A DNA stretch of 64,000 nt from contig CM052817.1 of the NCBI GenBank assembly GCA_028534125.1, forward strand, positions 78,990,001 to 79,054,000, given 5' to 3'. This document shows, in pieces, positions 62,401 to 64,000 of this stretch; within the stretch, counting starts at the first letter, position 1; every line of letters begins with the position of its first letter. The notes beneath the pieces are model-generated. The model was not told where the DNA came from. It ran no database searches and was given only the letters and a program-made list of their open reading frames with translations. Source of the DNA: Lama glama. Its lineage: Eukaryota. Made by a program: the position numbers and the translations under genes.

Positions 62401-64000
62401 TTGTAAAAATCAGCCAAACATGTTAGGTAATAGAGTCAGCAGCAGCAGTAACTGCAGCTACGGTAATAGAAGTGTCAGATAATTTAAACTGGAGACAAGG
62501 CAGAATCTGGATATTCAGAAACACAGGGGATTATTTTAAAAATGCCATTTGCCAGAAAATGACAAAATCAATGGGAATATCAGAGGTTGGCGAAAGAGCT
62601 TTGCTACCACATGAAGTTCTAGCACAGAGCCCTTAGACTGCCCTGAACAGTGGGTTACCAGCCACATAAGATTGGTTTGCAGATTTCAAAACAAAAACAA
62701 AAACTAAAAATCCTTGCTTACTGTGTATGCAAAACCCTTGCCCTAACTTGACTAAAAGTTCTCAGAGAACCTATTTGTATTATAGTGAATTGAAAACAGA
62801 AAGAGAGACACTAAGTTACAACTGAAACAAACCACCACTGAACAATATACCCTAAGTAACAGAAATTCCATATGCTGGTCTGGTGCTTCCTGACTGAGCA
62901 AAATAATGTATGGAGATGAGTTAATGGTAACCCATACGAAACCCCAAAACAAGTCAGTACCCATATAGGCCAGTCCTTGCATAAAGTCACAGACAGAGAA
63001 GCACAGTTCAGAAACCAGAAGCATATTCAACAGAACTCACATCTTTACACACATCCAAGAACACGAAGCGATGCTGAACTTACAACTCCCAATAATGCTT
63101 CTCAAATACCCATTTCCTCCTCTCTCCAAATCTCTCATTCCACAGAGGCTCCACCCACCACCTTTCATAACCAAACCTCAACACGTGTTCTAATCTCTGC
63201 CTGTGTGTCTCTTTTCAAAATCTCTGCCACTTTCCTTGGTTCTTTCAGAGACTCCAATTGTTTTCCCATCCCTCCATTTTCCTGATTCTGCTTCAGAGTC
63301 TAGCTGGTACAGACACAACCCTTCAGGAGAGCTGGCAGGAAAAGGTAAGGAGGAAGGCAGGCTAGAAGCATAAACTGTCAATCTCCCTATCACATGCTCA
63401 GTTTTCAGTTATAATTTTAAAGATGAGTCAGAAAACTGGCAGACCAAATCTGGTAACTGCTACCCACGTGCTTAGGTCCCTTTTAGTTCAAGTTCCATGG
63501 ATGTAGCAGTCAGGGTTCATCTTCGTGCTCCAGCCACGATAGCATCTAGCAGGCCTGACATATAAGAGCTATGAAATAAAGACCTACTAGTTGATACGAC
63601 AATTCGAGGCTAAGAAAGAAATTTCCTAAAACAGAACAGCCTCAGGGGTTCTGACCTAGTCTGTTCGTTAACAGCTTGAAGAGTGTCAGCTCCTGCCTTT
63701 CCTAGACTCTGTAAACTCCTACCCATAAACACAATATGAGAACGTCTAAATCCTCAGCACATCAATGACTGGGGGACTGGAATAGTTTTGTTGGCATAGT
63801 CTATGTCATGGGGTAAACTGGGAGTAAGCCTCAATCACAGGCTCCCCTCCCCGTCCTCAGGTTGACCTGCTCTGTATACTTACCATCGTGCACGCTTTGG
63901 TTCTCTTGTTTTAACAATGCTGATCAAGGTAAAGTAAATATAAAAAAACTTTGTCCTTGAGTTTCAAACAACAGTGTTCAGTTAGCATGGCTTCTCAGAA

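Overview
This is AT-rich mammalian genomic DNA, most likely camelid (alpaca or camel), judging from four tRNA-derived Vic-1-like SINEs. It is not prokaryotic: there is no CRISPR array, rRNA, operon or intact protein-coding ORF. Well over half of the window is interspersed repeat. This comprises stacked LINE-1 fragments of several ages (mostly + strand), solo ERV1/ERVL/MaLR LTRs, one Tigger-type DNA transposon, and L2 and MIR remnants, plus two N-gaps. Almost every long ORF in the track is decayed L1 ORF2 or noise. The window looks like a very large intron plus the 3' end of an unidentified - strand gene, with a candidate terminal exon at about 6844-6420; I could not name the gene. I found no evidence for a new biological system. 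The points worth a second look are retrotransposition and repair fossils: (1) an orphan 3'-UTR-like retro-insert ending in a G-run instead of poly(A), nested in one L1 and split by another; (2) a TSD-bounded full-length L1 whose ORF1 is replaced by a tailless ORF2 fragment and which hosts a twin-primed L1, a Tigger and a SINE; (3) an L1 with its 5' end fused directly to mid-ORF2; (4) a roughly 265-bp locally templated copy; (5) a candidate 9-nt microexon. Repeat family names come from pattern recognition, not a database search. Boundaries without TSDs are approximate.
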